A stretch of 64,000 nt of DNA from Octopus vulgaris. Lineage: Eukaryota. The translations under genes and the position numbers were made by a program. The stretch covers positions 46,438,001 to 46,502,000 of the forward strand of contig OX597837.1 in the NCBI GenBank assembly GCA_951406725.2, read 5' to 3'. Shown here piece by piece: positions 38,028-50,816 of this stretch (positions within the stretch are counted from its first letter, which is position 1; the number at the start of each line of letters is the position of its first letter). The notes under the pieces were generated by a model that saw nothing but the letters and a program-made list of their open reading frames with translations, ran no database searches and was not told the DNA's origin.

Positions 38028-38427
38028 TGTGTAGTAAGTAGCTTGCTTACCAACGGCATGGTTCCAGGTTCAGTCCCACTGGAGCACCACCTTTAGTCGA
38101 GCAAATCAACCCCGGGACTTATTCTTTGTAAGCCTAGTACTTATTCTATCGGTCTCTTTTGCCAAACCGCTAAGTTACAGGGACGTAAATACACCAGCAT
38201 CAGTTGTCAAGCGATGTTGGCGGGGACAAACACACACACACACACATATATATACATATATATGACGGGCTTCTTTCAGTTTCCATCTACCAAATCCACT
38301 CACCAGGCTTTGGTCAGCCTGAGGCTATAGTACAAGACACTTGCCCAAGGTGCCACACAGTGGAACTAAACCCAGAAACATGTGGTTGGTAAGCAAGCTA
38401 CTTACTACACAGCCACTCCTGCGCCTA
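38028..38427. mobile_element. SINE B fold-back chimera (plus-strand head fused to a minus-strand copy)
   Basis: 38028-38082 is a + strand head, joined at CCACTG/GAGCACC to a - strand copy that lacks its tail. Confidence 0.8.
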
Positions 38428-40005
38428 CAATAATAAAATTTAATAAAAATTTATTTCATAAGAGAATGCATTTCACCATTTTCTAAATAAGGGGGATATT
38501 TTTTTTTTTTAAATTCTGTTGTGTCAAGGGAGTCATTATGCCAATATTAATAACACACACACTGGTTCAATTCCACCCTTTTATTATTATTTAAATTCTC
38601 TACCTTTAAAAGAATTTTTGTTTCATTTAGTGTTTTATTAACTCCTTAGCATCCAGCTTACTCTGTCAATGTGATGCTTATTTATTCACACTTTTATTAA
38701 TTAATCACTTTATCTCACAGCTTTCAGATTTGGATGATGTGATTGTTTATCTTGACAATGACATCGTAGAGTGGCTGGTTTAAATGCTAAAAGGTTAAAA
38801 TCAATATTTGCAGGAGTTGTCCATAAAATATAGGAATGAGAGCCGAGAATTTTGGAAAACTGTATAAAGGTTCTATGACATAATAAATTTGGTAATCATT
38901 ACCAAAGCACAGATGAATAGAAACCACCACTGTAGAGACTCCGAGCTGTGATGGATGTGAAACTATATAATTTCATCTAATAAAAGATCTTAGGTAAAAT
39001 TATGCCAAAGGCAGTCAAAATCTTTGAGTAGAACAGAAATTGTTATTTTCTTTCTCTCTCTCTCTGAGACTTGGTTTGTTTCTTAGAGACCCTCTAGCTA
39101 AACCCATCTCTTACAATTTCCCTTCTTTCTCTTTCTTATTCTGTATTTGTCTTTCTTAATATTCTCTCTATATACTACCTATTAATTTACTCATATCCAA
39201 TCTCTCTTATCTTCCATTTGTACTCCTTCTTTACCACCTCTTCCTCCCCGGCTCCCTCTCTCAATCCAACTTCCTATTTCCTCCACCGCCATAACCGTTC
39301 CTCCACCACCATCACAAGTCAAAATAAACATACAGAAACAAACAGTCAACCAACATCTAGGTCTATGGGGTTGTTCTCCTCTTGCAAAGCAAATTTTAAA
39401 ACCCAGCAACAAGCTATAAATCCTATTTTTTCTCCTAAACTTCACGCAAATGGCAAATTAGCAAAACCCAAAAAGAGAAAGATAGAGAAAAAAAGAAGAG
39501 AAAAACAAAGCTATGCTCTAACTTAAAAAGAAATAATAACAACAAAAATCATCTTTGCTTGGAACTGCTAGAGTTCTTCAGAGGTTTCTTGAAGCATGAT
39601 CAGCAAATAGGTGTTACCTTAGTCTGCTGGTTGTGGGAAGCTGACACTTCCCATCATACCCAGCAAAATAAACTGATAATCTTTTCTAATTTTAACACAA
39701 GGAAGCAATTTTGAGGGGAAAGTCAATTACATTGACACACCCACACATGCACACACATACACACACACACATACACACACATGCTCCCTGTTATTTATTT
39801 TATCATCTCTGAAAGGATGAATGGCAAATTCCTTCTCAGTGACATTTGAATTGAATAAGGAAAATAAATTTCTTTATTTGTCATAAAAGGGTAAAAGCAT
39901 GGAGGAGACACTACAAGAAGAGATTCTAAAAACAGCAGGGTTTACACAGAATCAATTGTGAAGAAAAGATACCTTACATAGACAAAAAGAGCATTCACTT
40001 TGTTT

Positions 40006-40335
40006 CATCATCATCATTTAATGTCCATTGTCCATGCTGGCATGGGTTGGATGGTTTGACCAGAGATGGCAAGCTGGAGAGCTGCACCAGGTTCCATTCT
40101 GATTTACCATGGTTTCTACAGCTGGATGCCCTTCCAAATGCCAACCACTTTACAGAATGTACCTGGGTGCTTTTACATGGCATTGGCACAGGATTCTTGC
40201 AGGCCAATTCTCTTCATCAGGAGTGGCCTTAATACTTCTGCTGTGGAGTATGGGTCTTCTTGAGGACAGCAAGGTGCCAAGGTCCTTTGCCATCTCATCT
40301 AAAAGGTTCAGTGTTCTGAGGTCAACCTTCAGTAC
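40006..40335 (-). mobile_element. RTE 3' fragment (ORF2 end plus 3' UTR, (GAT)n tail)
   Basis: Minus strand VLKVDLRTLNLLDEMAKD followed by the shared 3' UTR. Confidence 0.75.
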
Positions 40336-41199
40336 ATATATTTTATTTACGTGTTCTATACTGGGACATCATTTTTATCAAACTGAGAAGAATGAAAGTC
40401 AAAATTGATTCTAGTGGTATATGAACGCAAAATGGAAAATCACACCTTACTATCTTGGGTAGAAAAAAAAAAGTCACTTGATAATATGATCCAAGGAATA
40501 ATGTCTAAAAAACATAGAAAGATGAGAGGATCAGGATTGGAACAACTCTGATCATTAGTCCTGCCAAGACCAGGGCTGGACTGAGGGTTAAACAATAAGG
40601 ATTCTTCTAAACATTTACCTCCATAAATATCTAGTAAATATTCATTTCCAATATGGTAACAAGACCACAAATATGGAGGTGTATTTAGAAATATAAATCA
40701 ATTAAAACTGAACACAATACTCAATCAGAATTTTATTGACCACAAAATGATGAAAGGTAAAGTTGACATCGATAGGATTTGAACTCAGAACATTAAGTGC
40801 TATAACAACATTCTACAAAGCATTTTCGACTCCACACTAACAATATCACAAGTGAATTATTATTGTAACGAGGTTAAAGTCACTAGCCCTCACCTGCTTT
40901 CAAATAAAGTAAAATTCCTCCATGACAAGCCATATTTTCATAAAAGACTGAAAATGAAGGGCACCAGTTGTATGATAGATTTGTTTACAACTACTGTGCA
41001 AAATCAAGGCAAGGAGATAGCTACACACACACAATGGGCTTCTTTCTGTTTCTGTCTACCAAATCCACTCCAAGGTTTTGTTTGATCTGGGGCTATAATA
41101 GAAGATACTTACCCACAGTGCCATGCAATGGGACTGAACCCAAGACCATATAGCTGGGAAGCAAACTTCTTATACAGCTGCCCCTGTGTAGTAATAATG

Positions 41200-41410
41200 A
41201 CTTCTAATTCTGGCACAAGGCCAGCAAATTTTGGCGTAGGGGATAAATCAATTACATTGACCCCAGTATTCACCTGGTACTAATTTTATTAACCCTGAAA
41301 GGATTGAGAGGCAAAGTTGACCTTGACAGAATTTGAACTCGGAATGTAAAGTCAGATGAAATGCCACGAAGCATTTTGCTCAGCATGCTAACAATTCTGC
41401 CAGCTCGATG
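41200..41410 (-). mobile_element. SINE family A, older subfamily with an alternative 3' end
   Basis: Family A head and central domain, but ending GCTGGCCTTGTGCCAGAATTAGAA. Similar copies lie at 10780-11010, 33225-33420, 59655-59865 and 61612-61807. Confidence 0.75.
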
Positions 41411-43449
41411 CTTTAACACCTGTGTAGTAACGAGGTAATGAATAATAACACCAGATCTAAGAATAAACAGGATTGACAAGATTAGAATGCCTTTGGTCTC
41501 TAATCTGCAGAAGCAGATAACTCACAGTTTAAGAACAGCCTCCTAAGAACCTAACCAATGATACGGCTTCTAAATGGTCATTCAACCAGCTAGAAATAGC
41601 AGCCTAATCTATCTCAAATCACACTCTCTGAGAAAAAGGAAGAATACACTGAATAATGTAGTCTTAGATACTCTTATGTCAGAAAAAAAATAGTTCCCAC
41701 TGAATCATATTGCTAATGCCACTCATCATATTGAATATTAAGACGGTGATGTCTATGGCTGGAATGTCTTTAATCACAAACAGTTCTGGTCATTTCAGAA
41801 CTCATCTGGTGCTAAACAACAATAATTTCATAACAACTTGAACTCATATCCTGCTGCTCACCAATCAAAGACCTTAAAACCTTCTCAATCACCAGGTTTC
41901 GTTATTTCAGTTTGGCTTAAAAAATGAAGAGAAAATAATTACTAATTGGCTCTAAGTGGAAGCATATTATATGAGACTCAGTGTAAAATATACAATAGAA
42001 GGATGAAATAGTATTGCTCGCTTAACATGGCAGCAGTAGTGTGTGTGGGTGTGTGTGTGTGAGAGAGAGAGAGAGAGAAGGCATACTTTACTAAACAAAC
42101 TAAAACCTGACCAGAAAATAATTAGACAATGGTGTGTGTGTGTGTGATGGGGTTAAGAGAATAAGTTTTAATATTAATATTGCATATTTCCTCATAAAAT
42201 TCACTCATAAAGCTTGCGGTAATATTGGTTTGTTTTTATTTCAACAAGAAAAATGAAATAAAAGTACAATAACGATTTAGGGGGAATTATTACAGGAAGT
42301 AATGAAGAAAAACCAAAAATATATTTTTTAAAATCATATCAAAGAAAATAATATCAAAGGAAACCAATATCACTGATCTTAAATTATTATATATGAGAGA
42401 GAGTGAGGCAGGAGAAAGAAGGGAAAGGCAGAGAGATGGAGAGCAAGAAGCTGGAAGAGCAAAAGAGAATATTTAAAAATTGCACTATAAGCTCTTTTTC
42501 TCTGATAGCTTTTAGCTATCTCTTTACATTCTGTTGCAGACCAAATTTTATGTTTCTGCTAGTTAATATCGTTAAAATTGAATTCTGTAATAACTTGCAC
42601 AGTTCTTCTCTTAAGAAACAAATAGTACTTTTTTTCTGCTGAGAGGTCACAGAGACTAAGACAATTCTATTTTATCCTACTCAATTACTATAACACAAAC
42701 AATTACACGTATACATACCAGTACTACACTCTCTCTCTTTCTCTCTCTCTCTCCCATCTTCTACATCGCCCTCCTCCTCTAATGCTGTCTGCCCTAAATG
42801 GTTATTGAGAGCAAAAGATTCATCAAAGGAGGAAGAATTCTTGCTTCAGTACAATATGTTTTAATATCTGACCGAATTATTAACTTCCAGCACCCAAGAC
42901 AATAAAAAAAAATATACTAATAGCAACAATAAAAAAATATACTAATAACAACAGAAGAAGAAGAAGAACTACTGGAAAATGCTAATGATGGTGATTCTTC
43001 TTCTATTTATCATTATTATCATCGTTATTATTATTATACTACAAATAATAATAGGAATAAATCAAGTAAAACAAAGCCCGGTTGGCAGTTCTCCAACATT
43101 TCTTACAGCATTTAACAACCCAACTTGTTATTTCGGTCTGGAATATTAGTATTGTTCCTCAATATCTCTTTTGAGAACTGAAACAAAATTAATATTCAGG
43201 CAATCAGCCTTTTATAGATGTTGTAATTAAAGATGATTATGATGATGAAGTAGATAAGGAATTACTAAGCCTTCGCTATATATATATATATTCTGATAAT
43301 CTCTCAGAGTGACCTTTTATACATGGAATTGCCAAAATTTCATTATAAAGGCTTGAATTCCTCGTCAGCACCAAGAAAATACTTAAGCTTTGATCAGTTG
43401 CTGACTCTAGATCCATATGAGGTTCTGCTGCTGTTGTTGGACCCAATCA

Positions 43450-43600
43450 CCTCAGACTGCATCCAAAATATAGCCAACAAAATAACTGGAATGATTCGCT
43501 CATCAACACACTATAATCACTAACTTACAGATACACTTTCTTCTCCCAACCTGCTCTTCCTCTCCTACTACTACAACTTTTGTTCCTCTGAACTAGCGAG
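43450..43600 (+). mobile_element. Decayed CR1/Jockey-group LINE ORF2 fragment
   Basis: DCIQNIANKITG and, in another frame, YYYNFCSSELA (D.IQ..A...IG ... YY...CS.EL motif). Confidence 0.5.
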
Positions 43601-43604
43601 GTAC

Positions 43605-43644
<40 letters not shown>

Positions 43645-43648
<4 letters not shown>

Positions 43649-43876
43649 CTTTACTGCCCACAAGGGGCTAAACACAGAGGGGACAAACAAGGACAGACAA
43701 AGGGATTAAGTCAATTATATCGACCCCAGTGTGTAACTGGTACTTAATTTATCAACCCCGAAAGGATGAAAGGCAAAGTCAAACTCGGCAGAATTTGAAC
43801 TCAGAACATAACGGCAGATGAAATACGGCTACACATTTCGCCCGGCATGCTAACGTTTCTGCCAGCTCGCTGCCTT
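43645..43876 (-). mobile_element. SINE family A inserted in a (TA)n tract
   Basis: Full-length reverse complement of 7803-8034, with (TA)n on both sides. Confidence 0.9.
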
Positions 43877-43939
43877 ATATATATATATATATATATCCAC
43901 CTAGGTTCTTTGACACACTAGTCTTTCCCACCATATTAA

Positions 43940-44560
43940 TATCTCATGTAGGTCGTCCCATAGGACACCCCAAGACTGTTTCCTCATATTTTCCCCACTC
44001 ATCTCGATCTTCCATAATGGTCCTCAGCTTCTGTACCCCTTCCATACCAATATCCTCCAGCAAAATGTCAATGTAAGTCATCTTCCCCCTTCCTCTCTTG
44101 GTTCTTCCTTCTGCTGGCTGCCAGCACACTAGCTTGTTAGCAATTTCATCAGTGCGTCTGATGCAATGTCCAGCTAGCCTCACCCTTCTATGGTATATCT
44201 TCAATGTTACCTTTGGTAGTCCCTGGCATAAGTCAGCATTTGTTGTATGACTCTTCCAGGAGACAATGAGTGCCATTCTAAGCACCCTTGTATAACAACC
44301 GTCCAACTGCTTCTTCAATGCTTCAGTGAGTATCCATGTTTTAGCCAGAAACAACCTCACTTTCAATTTCCTTGCTAACTTTGAACTCCATACCTTTCTG
44401 AATTTATGGCTTGCACTCCAGGCAAGAGCTTTCCTTGCTACAATGTATTTTTCAGTACTTTGTTTCCATGTACCAAGGTATTTGAAATTTTCAACTACCT
44501 TGAGCAACTTGCCATCGCTCACCTTCACTGACACAGGTATTTCATGGTTGAATACTTGCT
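43940..44560 (-). mobile_element. RTE/RTEX-type LINE 3' fragment (RT thumb and C-terminal region, 196-aa open stretch)
   Basis: LKVVENFKYLG, ARKALAWSA, TWILT...LDGCYTRVLRMAL..SW, RRVRLAGHCIR, RGRGKMTYID, MEDRDEW. The usual ES.LLYG segment is deleted, so this is a dead copy. Confidence 0.9.
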
Positions 44561-45435
44561 AAACCTCTTTCATTGTTATTTCTTTCCAGAACTGCAACCT
44601 TTTGAAATTTTCTCCTTGTCCAAAGTTTTTCTTGCAAACATTGATGTTTAGATATGTAATTCAATCATGTCAATATCACCACCAGTCTGGGAGGCCGTGC
44701 CAAGACTGCAACCCTCAAGAAATTTCCCCTTGTCCTTTGTCTTTTCCAGTAAACATTAAACAACAAAAACTCAACATCAACCGCATTAATCCCACCAGTT
44801 TTGGGAGAACCTGTAATGAATCAGGGATACTGCCTCTTCCTCATCTCTGACTGACTTAAGAAAAATATTCTCATCTGATTTTTTTTACCTTTATTCCATA
44901 TAAATCTGCTAAAGTTTTAAATCCAAACCTTACAAGAGACTTTGCCCTTCTTCTAGGAAAGTTCCATAACTCTGATAGCTACAGTTTATCCATTTTATGA
45001 CATGCTTAGTAGCAAAGAGCCAAGAACAGAAGCCTCTATATGGCAGCTAAACCTGCAAGAAATAACAAACTAATCTCCCTCAAATTCCACCCCAAACATC
45101 TTAAACAAAGTAAAAGACACATTTGATAATATGTAGGTTTAGATAACAGTCAAATGAGACGATATTTACATTTTGAATACTTTTGATCATAGATCTGTTT
45201 ATTTAGGGCATTCTGGGGCTTGACAATATTCTTTGCACTCAAGGAAGACTTGGTAGCATGTACTATTTGTTTTATGTACCCCGTATAGTCATGAGCAGAT
45301 ATAGACACCCTTGTGATCATGTCACTCTTGACTTAATGGAACATCCAGGACGTAACAGCTCAAGTGGGAGAGGGAGATCTACACCAGGACCAGGCTGGTG
45401 TATATTTTACTGATTATGAAAAGATGTAAAATAGA

Positions 45436-45488
45436 GTTGACTTTGGCAGGATTTGAACCCTGAGAGTTCAAATCCTGCCAAATTCAAC
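45436..45488. repeat. 53-nt hairpin (23-bp arms, one mismatch, 7-nt loop) formed from a SINE A B-box segment
   Basis: GTTGACTTTGGCAGGATTTGAAC-CCTGAGA-GTTCAAATCCTGCCAAATTCAAC. Confidence 0.9.
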
Positions 45489-46026
45489 AAAAAGCCAATG
45501 AAAACATCGCCATGAATTCCATCCTACATTCTCACAATTTCGTTAATTGACTGCCTTAAAAAAAAACACAACTCACACTTGACAGTTGATTGGTTAGCAA
45601 CAAAAACAATATAGATCTGTAAAAAAAATTCTTTTTCACAATTTTCCGAAAGCTCCACAATCACAAAAGCCATCCCACTCATGCCAGGATGGAGAAAAAT
45701 ATGTAAAACAATAAATGAGAAGAAAGAAGAAAAACATGAACTACAATCCAGATCCATCTTGCAGTATATTCATACCAGGTTAATTATCAAGTTGATTGGC
45801 TTAATTCTAATCCGTTTCAGATTGAATTTTAAAGCATGGAAATGGTTGTTGTGGTTTCTGCATATATATTGGCTATTTCATGAACAGCTTCTTAATAAAA
45901 CAGGCTTTCATTCAGACAACACAAATATTTTCACAAATGCTTACATACACACATATAACGACTGTTGAATATGTATTAATCTTTTACTTGTTTCAGTCAT
46001 TAGACTGAGGCCATGCTAGGGCACTG

Positions 46027-46063
<37 letters not shown>

Positions 46064-46503
46064 ACAAGGCATAAGTGATAGTCATTATATATTTCTTTAT
46101 TGTAGTAAATTTGACTTTTAGCTGTTTCTAGTAGTCATTATAGGTTCATTATTGATCAATTGAGGAAAATGAACGACCTAGCAAATTAATGCTACTCTTA
46201 TCAGAGTCATTTTGCTGTGGTTATAACCAAGCAGAACACAATGTGTGTGTATGTGTGTGTGTGTGTGTGTGTACACATGCACACTCACACATAAATATAT
46301 TAGAAGTATAACAAAATCCTGTATCCAGAGAAGCTGGGTTTCAGTTCTTTTATCCTGGAATTTTGTCACTGGGGTGGGAGAGAAATATAAAATAAATTTT
46401 GCAAGGTTGATAGGAAAAGGCTCAATGTTCTTGGCCAGAATGCTATCATGAAAGTTCCAGGCACAAAAATCATAGTGTTGAAAAGTTAGAGTGTGAAAAA
46501 TGT

Positions 46504-47114
46504 TCTTTGCAGTGGGTGGACCAAGATGAAGCACTGAAAACCTTCCCTAAACCTGAGCTCTTCAAAAAGAAGATTACAGTGACTGTTTGGTGGTGTACTG
46601 CTGCACTATAACTATATAGTCCACTATAACTTCTTAAAACCCAGAAAAACTATTACTGCAGAAACATATTGCCATGAAATTGCCAAAATGAATGAAAAAC
46701 TGCTACTCTTCCATTACAGGCTGGTCAACAGAAGAGGACCAATGACAATGCTCAACCACACATTTCACTAATAACGCTCTAAAAGTTAAAGGAACTTGGC
46801 TATGAGGTTCTTCCCTACCCAGATTATCCCCCAGACCCTTCTTCTACCGACTACCACTATTTCAAGCACCTTTGTGGTTTTCTGCAAGAGAAGGATTTCA
46901 GAAATCAAACCGTTGCTGAAAGTATGTTCAAAGAGTTCATCAGCTCCAGAACTCCAGATTTTTAAGTTACCGAAATAAACAAACTTGTAACTTGTTGGCA
47001 AAAATGTGTTGATTGTAATGGTACTTACTTTGAGGAATAATATTTCTGCATTGTTGAAATATATTATGATGAATTTCATGTTTCAAAACGTTGCTTACTT
47101 TTTACTCAGCTTCA
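46504..47114 (+). mobile_element. Mariner transposon 3' half, cecropia/Hsmar1-like, pseudogenised
   Basis: Manual translation: QWVDQDEALKTFPKPELFKKKITVTVWW...VHYNFLKPRKTITAETYC...LVNRRGP..DNAQPH..L*KLKELGYEVLPYPDYPPDPSSTDYHYFKHL...INKLVTCWQKCVDCNGTYFEE*. A degenerate TIR (GCTTACTTTTTACTCAGCTTCA|TA) follows. Confidence 0.9.
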
Positions 47115-48690
47115 TATACACACACACACACATATATATGCATTCAAGCATGCTTATATGTGTCTACAAGTATGGAAGTATGTGCATATGTGTGTGTGTG
47201 TGTGTGTGTTGATATATACTGTGAGATGGGCAGCCGATTTGCTTTTAATTCTATAATATTGACCATATTGATGACTATCTTAAGAAAAAAATTATCTTAG
47301 ATAAAAATTAATTAATTTTGGCAGCAATTTTTAAAAAACCAAATGCAGACTATGTAAAGAAGGCTATGGAAGCCTCTGTAATATTACAAAACTTAAATGA
47401 ATGCCATTGACACTGAATATGTGCAGCACAATAATGATGTTGTAAGAGTAAAAAAATTTGAAATTAAACGGAGAAATCTAGACTAACTTCACACAAAAAG
47501 ATAAACTCCTAAATTTTTGCTAATGTTAGTGAAAATTGAAATACTCACGGGTCACACAAACTTAATACTTCTAACTCCATACAAACCATTAGATGAAATT
47601 GATTTATTAAAACTAAATAGAAAAAAATATAATAACAAACTTTCAGTGATTGTATTGATTTGAAGTTTTTATATGATTGGAAAAATTAAGTGAATTTGTT
47701 GAATGTAAAACTCTAAAAAAAAAAAGGAGGGGGGTAGGGGTGGAAAGGGAAACCTTTAAAAATAATCTAATGATGATCTAAATAAAAAGCCAAATAAAAA
47801 GTAATCCTTCCAATTGAGAAAAACTGTCAAAGAGATATTGAAAACTTTTAGTTCATTCTCTTAATGAAATCTGTCAATTTCTGAGCGAGTTCCTCGCTAC
47901 TTGCAATGGTTTAATGCACCAACTTGACCTTCAGCTCATTGCCATTAATATTTATGTAAAACAAAAGAATATTCACCTCACCTCAAAAGACATTAATCAA
48001 GTTTGAAACTTCCTTTTCGTTTTAAAGTTAGACCTGAATCTTCTAAGTGGTTTCTTTCCTCTTGTTGCTCACAACATAGGCACAAGCACAAACAAGCAAG
48101 ACTATCTCTATTTTTTTCTTCAACTCATAGTTAATTATGTAAATTATTTTTCACATTTGTATTATAGCAATTTGCTGCAAATGAGCTGGGGATGTTTTAA
48201 TTAAAAAATATTTTTCACACAAAATATGAAAACCATAAAACTGGTTTTTAACTATAAAAAAAGATTACCATTCTAGAAGTGATTTAGCCAAGTTGCAAAA
48301 CCTGAGCAAACCATGCAAGGCTTTCAACTTTGAACACTAAGTTACTAAAGTGGCCAACAATTACCACTACAACTAAATTATACCCTAACATTTTTCCCTA
48401 ACAAGAGGTACTTCATATCAATGCTTTCCAATATATTTACAAACTTATACCAAAGTAGCACAAATTTATACAAACATGTTGCAAATTTGTTACTGGCTTG
48501 TGGTCATGCTGGGGCACTGCCCTGAAAGGTTTTAGTTGAACAAATTGAACTTAGTATAGATTTTTGAACTTGGTACTTATTCTGTTGGTCTCTTTTGCAG
48601 AATTGCTGAGTTAGGGGTATGTAAACAAACCAACACTGGTTATCAAGTGGTGGGTGGAACAAACACTGACACAAAGAGAAAAAAATCACA

Positions 48691-48908
48691 AGATGGATTC
48701 TTCAAACGAAGCCGACTGGCAGGAGACGTAGAGGTAGACCAAGTATAAGATGGTTGGATGATACCCATGGCCTCAGTTGGCCACGCTTGGGAATCCAGCT
48801 GGAATGTGTAATGGCAGTTGCTTCTGAAAGGGTCCTATGGAGGACCTGATGACTCTACTGCCATGACCATCCCACGAATATCAGGTGGAGGACATGGATG
48901 GATGGATA
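48691..48908 (+). mobile_element. RTE-clade (Expander/Rex3-like) 3' end with (GATG)n tail
   Basis: RWILQTKPTGRRRRGRPSIRWLDDTHGLSWPRLGIQLECVMAVASERVLWRT*, followed by ATGGATGGATGGAT. Confidence 0.8.
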
Positions 48909-50425
48909 ATAGAAAGAGAAAGGCTCTAGATTTATTCCACTCTAGCTGTGCTAGTCTCAATCATTTTAGATATTTCATTCATACTTAATCTCTGATAAAC
49001 TGACAACCAGCAAAAGAAAACTAAAGACTAAGTTGAAATATTGTACATATCAAAATGAATGTAATTTTGAGGGAGGTTTCCTCCAAAAAAATGTACCTTG
49101 AACAAAAACAAATTCTTTTATGTTCAAATAAAGATGCTGTGTTGAAAACAGAAAGAAGGTCCTTCAATACGTGGTGAGTTTTAACAGTTTTTTCCCTTTG
49201 ATCTTCAGATCAATCTTGTTCAGATTTCATGTAGTATCACTATCTTGATCAATACTACCTGAGTTTGGAATATCAAAGAGTTCAGCTGTAGATTCAATCA
49301 GTTCTACTTGCAATACATGAGAGATAATCTATCCTATAGGAATTTCAGATGAAAGCGATTTTGACTATGAAACACCATACAAGACTCGAATTTATATTTC
49401 AAATCTACCTATCAATCAAAACGATTGAATACAAGAATACTATCATCATCATCATCATATAGAAACGGTTGAATAATTACAATCTGAAAGCTTTAAGATA
49501 ATGTTTTGAATGACATAACAAAGAATATACCGATTCCTTTTCGATTTGTCATAAAGATTCTTCAGACTTATAAAGAAAACATGAACCAATGCCATACTCA
49601 TGCCTTTCCAAATCAAGGTTAATAACAACAAAAGTGAAATGATCTTTGACTGGAAATAGAAATGTGAGACACAGATAGAGCTCTCTGAGAAACTTAATCT
49701 CAAGGTCCATTGATCAAATTTCAGCTTGTTATGAGAGTTTAATTTTTTTTCTAGAAAAACACTTGTTACTTAATTTGTCCAATTAGGGAACAATTTGTAT
49801 ATATGTGCCCCACTGTATATTTATATCTAAAAATCTTAGTGATAGTTTCAAATTAACCAATATATATTGACAGAGAGTTTTGTGAAAAATATGGCAAAGC
49901 ATTAAAACAGAAGAATGTAATCTGGCTGCTATTTCTAGCAAATCAGGCAACCACATAAAGGCTTCTTTGTTTTATTTGTATGGACTGCTAGAATAGATTT
50001 ATTATGTTGGCTATTTCTAAAACCCAGTACAAACAAGTCTCTGTATTGAATACAATAATAAACTTGAGCCATTGTGTTGTGTTTGTATATACTTCCTTTA
50101 TAACCAAATCTCCACCAGGGACTGAAGAATGGAAGATAAGGATCTACACCCTCAGCCAGCCGGCTGTTATTGTATTATCTCAAGAATACACGGACAGGAA
50201 TATATGAAGGAGTCTACACACACTTAACCAGTAGAAATAGCAATCAAATCTCTGTTCAGCTTCTATCCTACTATATTTTTCTAATTTTGGTCCAAGGTCA
50301 GCAGTTTTGAGGGGAGAAGGAAGTCAGCCACATACCAACATCACCAATACCAACATCACCCTACCAAGACTATTGCCAGTAATACCAGTAATATCACCAC
50401 TACAAATATCACCAACAAAACCAAT

Positions 50426-50816
50426 AGGCACGGGTGTAGCTGTATGGTAAGAAGGTTGCTTCCCCACCACATGGTCCTGAGTTCAATCCCATTGCACCAC
50501 AGTTTGGGCAAGTGTCTTCTACTATAGCCACAGACTGACCAAAGTCTTGTGAGTGGATTTGGTAGACAAAAACTGAAAGAAGTCTATCACATGTGTGTGC
50601 GTGCATGTGTGTGTGTCTTTGTCCCTTACCGCTGCTTGACAACTGGTGTTGGTGTGTTTACATCTTTGTAACTTAGTGGTTCAGCAAAAGACACCAATAG
50701 AATAAGTACCAGGCTTCAAAAAATAATAAATACTGGGGTCAATTCATTCAACTGAAGATTATTCAAGGCAATGCTCCAGCATGGTCGCAGTCTAATGACT
50801 GAAACAGATAAAAGAT
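50426..50816 (+). mobile_element. SINE family B, full length
   Basis: Same architecture as 12587-12978. Further partial copies lie near 2975-3060, 23580-23800, 30085-30240, 41035-41185, 48500-48690, 51674-51830, 53757-53921, 57115-57278 and 61820-62005. Confidence 0.88.

Noticed and set aside
44591-44736. ACTGCAACC...GAAATTT..CCTTGTCC repeated at 115-bp spacing (similar small duplications at 13695-13865 and 30856-30903)
   Set aside because: Only two degenerate copies each; ordinary local duplications.
49340-49428. TRIYISNLP, resembling an RRM RNP2 motif
   Set aside because: A stop follows five codons later with no donor and no RNP1; probably chance or an unrecognisable TE relic.
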